Source of the DNA: Nannocystales bacterium
GTDB lineage: Bacteria; Myxococcota_A; Polyangia; Nannocystales; Nannocystaceae
Assembly: GCA_050633305.1 (NCBI GenBank)
Contig: JBOEGF010000012.1
Location: forward strand, 1 to 59,384
DNA length: 59,384 bases
Direction: 5' to 3'
Under the pieces are notes generated by a model, which saw only the letters and a list, made by a program, of their open reading frames with translations, was not told the origin of the DNA and searched no databases. Each line of letters opens with the position of its first letter. Within the stretch, counting starts at the first letter, position 1. This document shows positions 9,219-18,559 of this stretch, piece after piece. Position numbers and translations under genes: made by a program.

Positions 9219-11774
9219 ATGGCGGACCCGCAGCACACGACGCTTGGGACCCGTGTCGCTCGGGCCTCGGTGATGAGCGGGCTCTTCGGAGACGCAACGT
9301 CGGACGTCAAGATCGGCCGCTACGTCGTGCAACGCAGTCTTGGCCGGGGGGCTCAGGGCGAGGTGTTCCTCGCGTTCGATGCCGAGCTTCGTCGGCGTGT
9401 TGCGCTGAAAGTCGTGCCAGCGTTGGGCTCGGAGTCGGACTCGCTCGATGAGGCCCGGGCGCTCGCGAGTGTTGAGCATCGGCACGTGGTCCGGGTGTTC
9501 GATGTTGGGCGGCACGAGGACGCCGTGTTCTTGGCAATGGCCTACGTGGAGGGGGACACACTCGCTTCGTCCCTGCGAAGGCGGCCTGGCTGGACCCCAC
9601 GTTTGCAACGCCTGATGCGGCAGGCTGGGGAGGGGCTCTCCGCGATCCACGATGCGGGGTTGGTGCACCGCGATTTCAAGCCTGCCAACGTTCTGCTCGA
9701 TCGGCGGGGCGAGCCCCGGATCGCGGATCTGGGGCTGGCTCGCCGGTTTTCCGCGACGACCGGCGAGGTTGTTGGGACCCTCGGGTACGCCGCCCCGGAA
9801 CAGCTACACGGCGCCGCGGAGCCGCGTTCGGATCAATACGCGTACTGTGTGACCCTGTTCGAGATCGTCGCCGGTCGTCTTCCGCACCACGGCGTGACCG
9901 CAGAGCAGCTGCTGCAAGACAAGCTTCGCGGAGCGCCGGTGCTCCCCGTGGGGACGCCGCGTTCGCTCGCCCGCGTGCTCCGGCGTGGACTCGCACCGCA
10001 ACCCAAGGATCGGTTTGCGGACCTTGGTGATCTCCGGGACGCGATGGACTCGGGCGCCCGGTGGTGGGTTGTGCCTGCGCTTCCTCTGCTCGGCACACTG
10101 GTCGTCGGCGCTGCAGCTGGGCCGGCCGCCGTGGACGGCTGCGCCGAGCTCGTTCCACCGAGGTGGAACGCATCGTTGCTCCCCGCGGAGGGCGAGACGA
10201 CGGTCGCTCTCGATACGATCAACGCCATCGGCGGGGACTTCGTCGATGCGTGGAAGGAGGCTCGGGTCGAGGTCTGTGGGCGGCCGCAGGAGACGGCTGG
10301 GGCGACGTGCCTGCGCGAGCTGGCGGCGGAGTTCGCCGCGACGATTGCGGTGCTGGGCGAGCGACCCGCCGACGAGGCTGGCGTGGCGGCGCTCGAGCGC
10401 CTGGCCGCCCCAGCCTCGTGCGCCGACGGTTCCACGCCCACAGGGAGACCGAGGGACTGGCACGACGACGTTCGGGCGGCCGTGCTGCGTTCCCGGGTCC
10501 TTCTGCGGCTGGGTGATGAGGCTGCGTCGTGTGCGGTGGCGGCCGACGCCCAGCGAGACGCCACGCGCACGATGTCCGCTCGGTGGGGGGAGTCGGAGTT
10601 CGCCGCGACACACCAGTGGGCGGTGTCGTGTGCGAACGTGGAGCCTGAGGCCGCTCTGAAGGCCGCGGAGCGTGGATACCTCGCAGCGTTGTCGGCCGAG
10701 CAGCCCCAGTGGGCGAGCGCGATGGCCACCCACCATGCGGACCTCGAGATGCGCAGTGGCGCGTTCGAGGAGTCCGAGGTCTGGTTGCATCACGCCGGGG
10801 CGGCGCTCGAACGGGGAGGGTGGCCGCGGAGGGAGCACCTGCCGTTCCTCAACGTCCGAGGCAATCTCGAACTCGCGACCGGGAATCCCGACCTCGCCGC
10901 GAAGACCTACGGTGAGGCAATGGCCCTGACCGATCGGGGTCCCGAGCGAGCGAGTCTGGCCTACAACCGGGCGGCTGCGTTGTCCGAGTTCTCGAAAACC
11001 GGCGACACACTGCGGGCGTTCCAAGAGGCCTACACCCTGCTGCGAGAGGCAGTCGGGTTGGAGCACACGGCGACGCTCACCTGCGCGGTGGCGGTCAGTA
11101 GCCTGCACCTCTCCCGCGGTGCGATCGGGAACGCACAGTCCGTCCTCGACGAGGCGTTGCAAGCAGCACGACACGGCCTCGCGCCCCAGGCGTATGTGAC
11201 CGGGCGCCTGCTCGAGGTCCAAGCAATTCTCGAGTACAAGCGGGAGGCCTTCGAGGCGTCGGCCAAAGCCGCATCCGAAGCGGTTGGGGTCCTCGTGGAG
11301 CGAAGGGGGGACCAGCACCCCGCGACCGCGCGGCTCCGGATTCGTCGCGGGTTGGCGCTGACCGCCGCTGGACGCCCCGAGCAGGCCATCCCGCTCCTGC
11401 ATGCGGCGGTGGCCTCCCTCGAGACCACGCCCCATGAGACGGATTCGCTGGGCGAAGCCTGGACCGCGCTGTCCGAGGCCAGGCGTGTGCAGTCGGATGC
11501 GGACCCGGAGGGGGCGGTTCGTGACGCGCGTCGGGCCGTCGAACTCCTGACGGTTGCCGAGGGCTCCGATGCCGGGGGGCTCGGCGACGCGCATCATCAA
11601 CTCGGCCTGGCCTTGGCCGCGTCTGGGGCCGACCCGGCGTTGGTTCGAGCCTCGCTGCTTCGGGCAGTGTCGGCTTTCGAAGCGAGTGGGGCTCAGGGGT
11701 ACGCACACGATGAGGTGCTCACGGTCGTGCGCGCCGAGCTCGAGTCTTGGCCCCCGACGTCCTCGAACCTATGA
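9219..11774 (+). CDS. Ser/Thr protein kinase with TM segment and TPR-like C-terminus
   Basis: GRGAQGEV, VALK, HRDFKPANV, DLGLA, GTLGYAAPE; GDQHPATA-type repeats. Confidence 0.92.
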   Translation: MADPQHTTLGTRVARASVMSGLFGDATSDVKIGRYVVQRSLGRGAQGEVFLAFDAELRRRVALKVVPALGSESDSLDEARALASVEHRHVVRVFDVGRHEDAVFLAMAYVEGDTLASSLRRRPGWTPRLQRLMRQAGEGLSAIHDAGLVHRDFKPANVLLDRRGEPRIADLGLARRFSATTGEVVGTLGYAAPEQLHGAAEPRSDQYAYCVTLFEIVAGRLPHHGVTAEQLLQDKLRGAPVLPVGTPRSLARVLRRGLAPQPKDRFADLGDLRDAMDSGARWWVVPALPLLGTLVVGAAAGPAAVDGCAELVPPRWNASLLPAEGETTVALDTINAIGGDFVDAWKEARVEVCGRPQETAGATCLRELAAEFAATIAVLGERPADEAGVAALERLAAPASCADGSTPTGRPRDWHDDVRAAVLRSRVLLRLGDEAASCAVAADAQRDATRTMSARWGESEFAATHQWAVSCANVEPEAALKAAERGYLAALSAEQPQWASAMATHHADLEMRSGAFEESEVWLHHAGAALERGGWPRREHLPFLNVRGNLELATGNPDLAAKTYGEAMALTDRGPERASLAYNRAAALSEFSKTGDTLRAFQEAYTLLREAVGLEHTATLTCAVAVSSLHLSRGAIGNAQSVLDEALQAARHGLAPQAYVTGRLLEVQAILEYKREAFEASAKAASEAVGVLVERRGDQHPATARLRIRRGLALTAAGRPEQAIPLLHAAVASLETTPHETDSLGEAWTALSEARRVQSDADPEGAVRDARRAVELLTVAEGSDAGGLGDAHHQLGLALAASGADPALVRASLLRAVSAFEASGAQGYAHDEVLTVVRAELESWPPTSSNL

Positions 11775-11784
11775 TGCCCGCACC

Positions 11785-12111
11785 ATGCGGTCGTCGGCAG
11801 TGCCCCAAATCCTCTACCTCGCTCTTGCGGTCGCGGGGGCGGCGGGGACGTGGTTCTTCAACCTGCAGATGGACGATCTGGGTTCCTTCTTCTCCCAGAT
11901 CTGGGAGACGCCCCTGACGAGTTCGCTGGGAGTCGACCTTCTCGTCGTCGTGCTCAGCTTCTACGTGCTGATGGCATCGGAAGGCCGAAGGCTTCGGATG
12001 TCGCCCGTGTTGCTCGTCTCGCTGGGGGTCCTCGCGTGGCTCGTCGCGATCGCATGCGCCCTTCCGTTGTTTCTGTTCTTCCGGGAGCGGGCACTGCCGG
12101 CCGAGCGGTAG
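11785..12111 (+). CDS. DUF2834-like small membrane protein
   Basis: Three hydrophobic segments; SSLGVDLLVV, EGRRLRM, ALPLFLFFRER. Confidence 0.75.
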   Translation: MRSSAVPQILYLALAVAGAAGTWFFNLQMDDLGSFFSQIWETPLTSSLGVDLLVVVLSFYVLMASEGRRLRMSPVLLVSLGVLAWLVAIACALPLFLFFRERALPAER

Positions 12112-12265
12112 GGGCTTCGTGTCCGAGCGGAAAACCGTGGACCGAACCAACCCATTTTTGCGGGACGGGATACAAGGGCGAGTGCAACGCCTCTTCGACC
12201 CCCGCAGCGAGACGTCGAGTCCTTCCGGGCACATGGCGAGGCTTGGACCCCGCGGGGGCGAATCG

Positions 12266-13774
12266 ATGGCGTCGCGTGTGCGCACCGTCCTCCCCGTGGG
12301 CCTCTGCTCACTGGCTCTGCTCGCGTGTGCGCCCAAGCTGGCGTCCGAAGCCCCCGGGGCTTCTGGTGTCTCGGTCGCGGCGGGGGCTCCCGCGCCAGCG
12401 CCCGACCCGAACGCTGCGGAGAATGACCGCATCGCCGAGGGGCTCGACGCGTATCTGGAGGCGTTCGGCGAGCATTGGGGCCCCGCGTTCCGATTCAACG
12501 GGTTTGTGCTGGTGACCCGGGGCGACGATGTGGTCTACGGACGAGGGTTCGGGTTTGCGGAACAGGGCGCAGGAGCGCCCCCGGACATCGACACCAGCTT
12601 CCGTACAGGGTCAGTCACCAAACAGTTCACGGCGGCCGCGATTCTCAAGCTGCAGGAGCAGGGCAAGCTCGAGGTGACCGACACCGTGCGGGCCCACCTC
12701 CCCGCGTTTCCGATGCCCGGGGCGGAGGTCACCATTCATCAGCTGCTGACCCATACCTCCGGGGTGTGGAGCTACACCTCGGACCCCGAAATCATGGAGA
12801 CCAGGGCGCTGCCCCACTCGGTTGAGCAGATGCTCGAACTGTTCTGGGAGAAGCCACTCGACTTCGAGCCGGGCGCCGAGTTTCGGTATTCGAACTCGGG
12901 CTACATCGTGTTGGGGGCGATCGTCGAGGCCGCATCCGGCATGTCGTATGGGGAGTACCTGGACCAGGAACTCTTCGTCCCAGCAGGCATGACCCGTACG
13001 GCATTCGGGGACCACACCGGTTTGTCGAACCGGGCAGGTGCCTACGAGCGCACGCCCTCGGAGACCATCGTCGACGCAGGCAAGATCCACATGTCCGTGC
13101 CCTTTGCGGCCGGAGGGGTGCGTTCGACGGCGCGTGACCTGTGGACGTGGCACCAAGCCCTCGAGGGGACGAGCATCCTGACCGAGTCCTCAAAGGCGAT
13201 GCTCTACACGACTGAGAAGAACGACTATGCGTATGGGTGGGTCGTCAAGCCGTACGGCGGGCACAACGTCATCACACACAGTGGTGGCATCGACGGGTTT
13301 GTGACGGAGTACCGGCGGTTGGTCGACGACGACATCGTGATCGTCGCGTGGAGCAACACCGGGTCGCCGGCCGGCGACGCAGGGCGGGCTGCGATGCGCC
13401 TGGCGGTTGGAGAGAAGGCTCCGCCCGTTGAGGAGTTCGAGCCCGTTCCCATGGAGCCCGGGTTGGGGGCGAAGGTTGCGGGACGCTATCTCCTGGGCGA
13501 CGAGGGCCGCGCGAAGCTAAAGGCCATGGGATTGCCCGACGCCGCGATCTCGAGTTTCGAGCGCATCGCCGTCGAGCAGCGGGAGGGCGTGCTGTCCATC
13601 GACCCCGTCGGACAGCCGAAGTCCGTCGTTCACAGCAAGGGCGATGGCACGTTCTTCGCCAAAGGGGACAACATGCCTGGCGTGCAGTTTGACCTTCCGC
13701 CAGTGGGCTCGAAGGCGGGCGGGCTCTGGGTCCTGCAAGGCCCTCTGAAAATCTACTTTGAGCGGGAGCCCTAG
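12266..13774 (+). CDS. Serine hydrolase, beta-lactamase/AmpC-like family lipoprotein
   Basis: Lipobox LLAC; GSVTK (SxxK), YSNSGY (YxN), HSGG. Confidence 0.9.
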   Translation: MASRVRTVLPVGLCSLALLACAPKLASEAPGASGVSVAAGAPAPAPDPNAAENDRIAEGLDAYLEAFGEHWGPAFRFNGFVLVTRGDDVVYGRGFGFAEQGAGAPPDIDTSFRTGSVTKQFTAAAILKLQEQGKLEVTDTVRAHLPAFPMPGAEVTIHQLLTHTSGVWSYTSDPEIMETRALPHSVEQMLELFWEKPLDFEPGAEFRYSNSGYIVLGAIVEAASGMSYGEYLDQELFVPAGMTRTAFGDHTGLSNRAGAYERTPSETIVDAGKIHMSVPFAAGGVRSTARDLWTWHQALEGTSILTESSKAMLYTTEKNDYAYGWVVKPYGGHNVITHSGGIDGFVTEYRRLVDDDIVIVAWSNTGSPAGDAGRAAMRLAVGEKAPPVEEFEPVPMEPGLGAKVAGRYLLGDEGRAKLKAMGLPDAAISSFERIAVEQREGVLSIDPVGQPKSVVHSKGDGTFFAKGDNMPGVQFDLPPVGSKAGGLWVLQGPLKIYFEREP

Positions 13775-13948
13775 CGCGAGCACGCCTCGGCGTCGTGGGG
13801 GAGACAGCCGCCCCGAGCGCCGTCGAGACGATGCAGGCGGTTGCAGGTCCGGCCCCTTGGCGGGTGAGAGCCCCGCGTCGTGCCCCGAGCGCGGGGTCGT
13901 GTGGAGTGCTTGTCTCGTCACGGCGGGGCCGGTAGCGTGGCCGCGCAG

Positions 13949-15304
13949 ATGGCCAAGTACGACTTCGACCTCTTCACGATTGGTGCTGGCTCGGGCGGCG
14001 TGGCGGCGAGCCGACGGGCGGGAGCCTACGGAGCCCGGGTGGCGATCTGCGAGGAGCGGCGCATCGGCGGCACGTGCGTGCTCCGGGGCTGCGTCCCCAA
14101 GAAACTGTTGGTCTACGCGTCGCATCTGCGGACCGAGTTGGCCGACGCGGCTGGGTACGGCTGGGACATCGGCGAGGCGAGCCTCGACTGGGGCCGTATG
14201 ATCGAGTCCAAGGACAAAGAACTCGATCGGCTCGAGGGCATCTACAAGCGGCTCCTTGCGAACGGCAACGTGGAGACCCATGAGGGGCGTGGAGTCATCG
14301 TCGATCCCCACACGGTGGAGGTCGAGGGACGCACGTTCACCACCGAACGCATCCTCGTGGCAACGGGCGGTTGGCCAACGTTGCCCGAGGTCCCGGGCAT
14401 CGAGCATGCGATCACGTCGAACGAGGCGCTGGACCTCAAGGAGGTTCCCAAGCGGGTGGCGATCGTCGGCGGCGGTTACATCGGCGTGGAGTTTGCCGGG
14501 ATCTGGAACGGTGCCGGCTCGGAGGTCACGGTCATCCTCCGCGGAGACACCGTGCTGCGAGGCTTCGACCACGACGTGCGCAGCACGCTGTTCGAAGAGA
14601 TGGGCAAGGAGGGCGTGGACGTTCGCTGCGGGACGCGGGTCAACGCGATCGAAAAGTCGGCCGATGGTCTGGACCTTCGTCTCGATCGCGGCGAACACCT
14701 GCAGGTGGACCAGGTCTTGTTTGCGACCGGGCGACATCCGCACAGCAAGAACTTGGGACTGGAGGAAGCGGGCGTGAAGACCAACGCCGCCGGGGCGATC
14801 ATCGTGGACGAGTGGTCCAAGACGAGCACGCCGGGGATCTGGGCGGTCGGCGATGTGACCACGCGGATGACGCTGACGCCCGTGGCCATCGCAGACGGAC
14901 GGGCGTTTGTGGAGACGGAGTTCCACAACAACCCGACGCCGGTCGATCACGGCGCGGTGCCCACCGCAGTATTCTCGCAACCCCCGGTCGGCACAGTTGG
15001 GCTCACCGAAGGACAGGCCCGGGACTTGGAGACGGGGCCGATCGATGTCTACCGTTCGAAGTTCCGCCCGATGAAATTCGTTCTCCCCGGTCGCGACAGC
15101 AAGACCATGATGAAGCTCGTCGTGGAGCGTGAGACCGACCGGGTGCTGGGTCTGCACATGGTTGGCCCCGACGCGGCGGAGATCGTTCAGGGCTTCGCGG
15201 TTGCGATCAAAGCCGGGGCCACCAAGAAGCAGTTTGATGCGACGATCGGTATCCACCCGAGCTCCGCGGAGGAGTTCGTCACGATGACGACGCCCGTGGA
15301 GTAG
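13949..15304 (+). CDS. gor: Glutathione-disulfide reductase
   Basis: GAGSGG, GGTCVLRGCVPKK, GGGYIGVEFA, HPSSAEE. Confidence 0.93.
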   Translation: MAKYDFDLFTIGAGSGGVAASRRAGAYGARVAICEERRIGGTCVLRGCVPKKLLVYASHLRTELADAAGYGWDIGEASLDWGRMIESKDKELDRLEGIYKRLLANGNVETHEGRGVIVDPHTVEVEGRTFTTERILVATGGWPTLPEVPGIEHAITSNEALDLKEVPKRVAIVGGGYIGVEFAGIWNGAGSEVTVILRGDTVLRGFDHDVRSTLFEEMGKEGVDVRCGTRVNAIEKSADGLDLRLDRGEHLQVDQVLFATGRHPHSKNLGLEEAGVKTNAAGAIIVDEWSKTSTPGIWAVGDVTTRMTLTPVAIADGRAFVETEFHNNPTPVDHGAVPTAVFSQPPVGTVGLTEGQARDLETGPIDVYRSKFRPMKFVLPGRDSKTMMKLVVERETDRVLGLHMVGPDAAEIVQGFAVAIKAGATKKQFDATIGIHPSSAEEFVTMTTPVE

Positions 15305-15406
15305 TCGCGGCGGTGTCTGCAGAAGGCGTCGGGTGCCCCGTCAGGGCGGAATCGCGGAAAACGCGGCCTCGGCGCCCGCCCGTGCGGAAGCGGGTTTGCA
15401 CTGCTA

Positions 15407-15433
15407 TGCAACATCTGCGGGTTTGATCGCGTT
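15407..15433 (+). promoter_or_regulatory. Possible ECF-type promoter TGCAACA-N16-CGTT
   Basis: Same geometry as the two GT4 promoters; ends ~25 nt before kinase ATG 15459. Confidence 0.4.
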
Positions 15434-15458
15434 GGAACAAACAGTGGACGAGAGCGCG

Positions 15459-16895
15459 ATGGACACGCTGCCCCCCACGGGCGAGCTGTCGGACATCGAG
15501 GTGCTGAGCACGTACGGTGCGACGCTCGATCCGCGCCCCGGGATGGTGCTCGCGGACCGCTATGAGCTGGTCGCGCCGCTGGGACGAGGCTCGTCGGGTT
15601 GGGTCTGGGAAGCGCGGCACACGATCATCGGAAAGTCGTTCGCCATCAAGCTCCTGGCGCCAAGGACGGGATCGTTCGACGACGAGGCCGCTGTCCGCAT
15701 GCTGCGCGAGGCCAAGACACTGTCGAGCCTCGACCATCCCAACGTGATTGCAGTCACCGATTTTGGCCATGCGCAGGGCGGCACCCCGTTCATCGTCATG
15801 GAGCTTCTGCAGGGTCGCCCGTTGCGGGACGTGCTCGGCGATGGCCGGTTGTCGTGGGGCCGCGCTCGGGTCTGGGCAGTGCAGATTCTCGAGGGCGTCG
15901 AGGCTGCGCACAAGGAAGGCATCATCCACCGCGACCTCAAGCCCGCGAATCTCTTCATCACCGAGAAAAGTGACCGGATCAAGGTGCTCGACTTCGGTCT
16001 GGCTCGGGCCCCGCGGCCGATCGAGGGACGGTTCGATGGGTCTCCCGAAGAGTCCAGCGCGCACTTGCGGGCGATGGGCGAGGTGTTCGGTACACCGGCG
16101 ACGATGAGCCCCGAGCAGATCGGCGGCGGGGTCATCGATGCGCGAAGCGACCTCTACAGCCTCGGCTGTGTTCTGTACGAGATGATCGCAGGACAGCCAC
16201 CGGTCCAAGGCGGGCTCGCAGAACTCCTGTACCAGCACGTATACGTCGACCCCCCCGCGCTCCGCGGACTCGCCTCGCCGCAGGTGCCCGATGCGGTCTG
16301 CGAGATGGTGCATCGATGTCTACACAAGGACCCCGAGCACAGACCGGCTGACATCACACAGGTTCGCGAGGCATTCGATCGCCGGACCCGGAAACGGAGC
16401 CGCACGCGGGGCCCCACGCACGCGAAGCTCGGGACTCCGGACGCGAGCGGATCGAAGACACGTTCGATCGGATGGCGAACAGTGGCGGGGGCGACTGTCG
16501 CGGTTGGGGCGTTGTTCGGTCTGGTCGCGGCCGCAAGCCCGGGCCGGCAAGCCGCGGCGCGCTCCATTGAGGTTCGGGTTCCCCGCCTCAACGCGCCCGC
16601 CGTGGACGTGCCGTCGTTGCACGCGAACCTTCCCGTGGTCGAGCGGGCGAAGCCCAAGTTTGCGGTCCAGCCACAGACCCCGGCGTCGACGCCTTCGCGG
16701 GTGGCTCGCAAGAGCAGACCGAACCGGCCTCGTCGGCCCAAGCCGGCGCCTGAGCCTACGCCTGAGTCCGCGCGCGAACCGGCCTCGTCGGCGAAGCCAC
16801 CGCCCGTGGCGGCCGCCCAGCCCACGCCGCGTCCGCGGGCGCCGGCCGAGGACCGCACCAATCCAGCCCTGAAGAACCCGTTCTCCCGGGAGTGA
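15459..16895 (+). CDS. Ser/Thr protein kinase with TM helix and Pro-rich tail
   Basis: GRGSSGWV, AIK, HRDLKPANLF, DFGLA, GTPATMSPE; ends LKNPF. Confidence 0.92.
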   Translation: MDTLPPTGELSDIEVLSTYGATLDPRPGMVLADRYELVAPLGRGSSGWVWEARHTIIGKSFAIKLLAPRTGSFDDEAAVRMLREAKTLSSLDHPNVIAVTDFGHAQGGTPFIVMELLQGRPLRDVLGDGRLSWGRARVWAVQILEGVEAAHKEGIIHRDLKPANLFITEKSDRIKVLDFGLARAPRPIEGRFDGSPEESSAHLRAMGEVFGTPATMSPEQIGGGVIDARSDLYSLGCVLYEMIAGQPPVQGGLAELLYQHVYVDPPALRGLASPQVPDAVCEMVHRCLHKDPEHRPADITQVREAFDRRTRKRSRTRGPTHAKLGTPDASGSKTRSIGWRTVAGATVAVGALFGLVAAASPGRQAAARSIEVRVPRLNAPAVDVPSLHANLPVVERAKPKFAVQPQTPASTPSRVARKSRPNRPRRPKPAPEPTPESAREPASSAKPPPVAAAQPTPRPRAPAEDRTNPALKNPFSRE

Positions 16896-16907
16896 CACTT
16901 CGTCGGC

Positions 16908-18458
16908 CTACTGGCGGCGCAGCAGCAGCAGGTCGCCGAACTCCGCCTCAGGTCGGTAGTCTCGCTGCAGCCGCATGCTGAGCGCCTCGAAGGCCTCCAG
17001 CGGTTCGGAGTGTGCGCCGAACGTCTGGGTGAACGACGGACTGAGCACGAAGTATTCCGGCGGATGGGCGTCGAAGTCCGCGATGAAGGCGTCGCTGTGG
17101 GGCCCGGGCGAGAACACGATGTCATCGCCGGGGTCGAAGGCGGTGTTGGTGTTGAAGGTGGTCACGCGACCCAGTGCCTTGTAGTAGCGGCCGGGGGCGC
17201 GCCGCTGCGCCCAGAAGTAGACTCTCCAAGACGTCCACCCCCAACCGTAGATTGTATCGCTGGGGTCCGTGCGGGCCCTGATGTGGGCTCCGGCCGCTTG
17301 GGCCGCGCTCTTGCCGTTGTCCAAGCGACGTGCCCGAGACTCGTAGCGGTGCGGGTCGCCGGTCGCGACCGTGAACACCGACCCGCACAGCATCAGCCCG
17401 ACGACCGCAAGAAGTCCGGTGCGCCAGCGAGGGTCCTCGTTGGTGTCCGCGATGCATCTGCCGAGCCCCAAAGCGCCGATCAGCACCGCCAATGCCGGGA
17501 GGACCTGCGGCATGTAGTGGAGGTAGAAGCGGCCGCCGCCGAGTCCGGTGCCGATGATCGACACCACGACGAAGAGCGCCGCGGGTGCAGCGGTCCGGTC
17601 CTGCGTGCGCCTGGACAGTGCAAGGCCGACGACGCTGAGGACCAGGGCGCCCGCGAACGTTGTGGCGAGCAGGCCCGGGACGTGCAGGAGACCTGCAAAA
17701 AATCCCCCCGACGCGCTTCCGGTGTACGACGAGATGACGGACCAGGGCAGCAGATGTTCCAGCAACACGCCGAGTTGGCCCACCGCGAGGTAGGGGGCGG
17801 CCATCACCCCAGCCCCGACCACGGCGCCCGCAATCCAGCCGCCGAGGACGGTCCATTGCGGGGAGCCGCGCCGCGCATCGAGTCCCCACAGGATCAGCGC
17901 CACGACCCCGAGAACCCCGCTGCGCTGCATGAACCCAAAGGCCACGGCGGATGCGATTCCACCGAGCAGTGCCCATCGCCAGCTTCGGGCACGAAGGCTA
18001 CGGACCACCCCCGCAAAACCCCACACATACACGGGCATCATCCATGCTGTGTAGTTGTAGGTGAACATGCCTGCGTAGTACAGGTAGACCCCCATGGACA
18101 GTGCCTTGTCCACCCGCGAAGCATGGGGGGGGAGCGCGAGCGCGAGGGCGGGGAGTCCGAGGATGAGCCACGCCGAGAAGGCCCATTGCACCGTGTCGAG
18201 GTCTCGCCCGAACAGCTTGAAGGCGCCTGCGACCACGTAGAAGGCCCCAAGGGGCTTGAGCTCCGCGTTGTGTACGTAGGGGAGTTCTCCGCGCAGGAGA
18301 CCGTCCGCGTTGTAGAGGATGCCGGAGATGTCGGGATTGGGGACTTCGTCTTCGAACAGCTGCAGGCGGATCGAGACGAACAACGCCAGCCCCAAGCCGG
18401 TCAGAATCCACGGGAGCCACGTGGCAAGGCGATCGAGCTGGGAGTCACGTTCGCGCAT
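16908..18458 (-). CDS. Polytopic membrane glycosyltransferase (GT-C/ArnT-PMT-like)
   Basis: NPD...GELPY...ELKP luminal loop, many TM helices, FYLHY, IYGWG. Confidence 0.7.
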   Translation of the reverse strand: MRERDSQLDRLATWLPWILTGLGLALFVSIRLQLFEDEVPNPDISGILYNADGLLRGELPYVHNAELKPLGAFYVVAGAFKLFGRDLDTVQWAFSAWLILGLPALALALPPHASRVDKALSMGVYLYYAGMFTYNYTAWMMPVYVWGFAGVVRSLRARSWRWALLGGIASAVAFGFMQRSGVLGVVALILWGLDARRGSPQWTVLGGWIAGAVVGAGVMAAPYLAVGQLGVLLEHLLPWSVISSYTGSASGGFFAGLLHVPGLLATTFAGALVLSVVGLALSRRTQDRTAAPAALFVVVSIIGTGLGGGRFYLHYMPQVLPALAVLIGALGLGRCIADTNEDPRWRTGLLAVVGLMLCGSVFTVATGDPHRYESRARRLDNGKSAAQAAGAHIRARTDPSDTIYGWGWTSWRVYFWAQRRAPGRYYKALGRVTTFNTNTAFDPGDDIVFSPGPHSDAFIADFDAHPPEYFVLSPSFTQTFGAHSEPLEAFEALSMRLQRDYRPEAEFGDLLLLRRQ

Positions 18459-18559
18459 CGTGATAGCGGCTGAGCGTGCGGCGACACGCCCGGGCGACGA
18501 GTGTTTCACAAAGTGGACCGCACCGACACGGCGTTGCGCTTGGAAGCGCCGGCCCGAGC

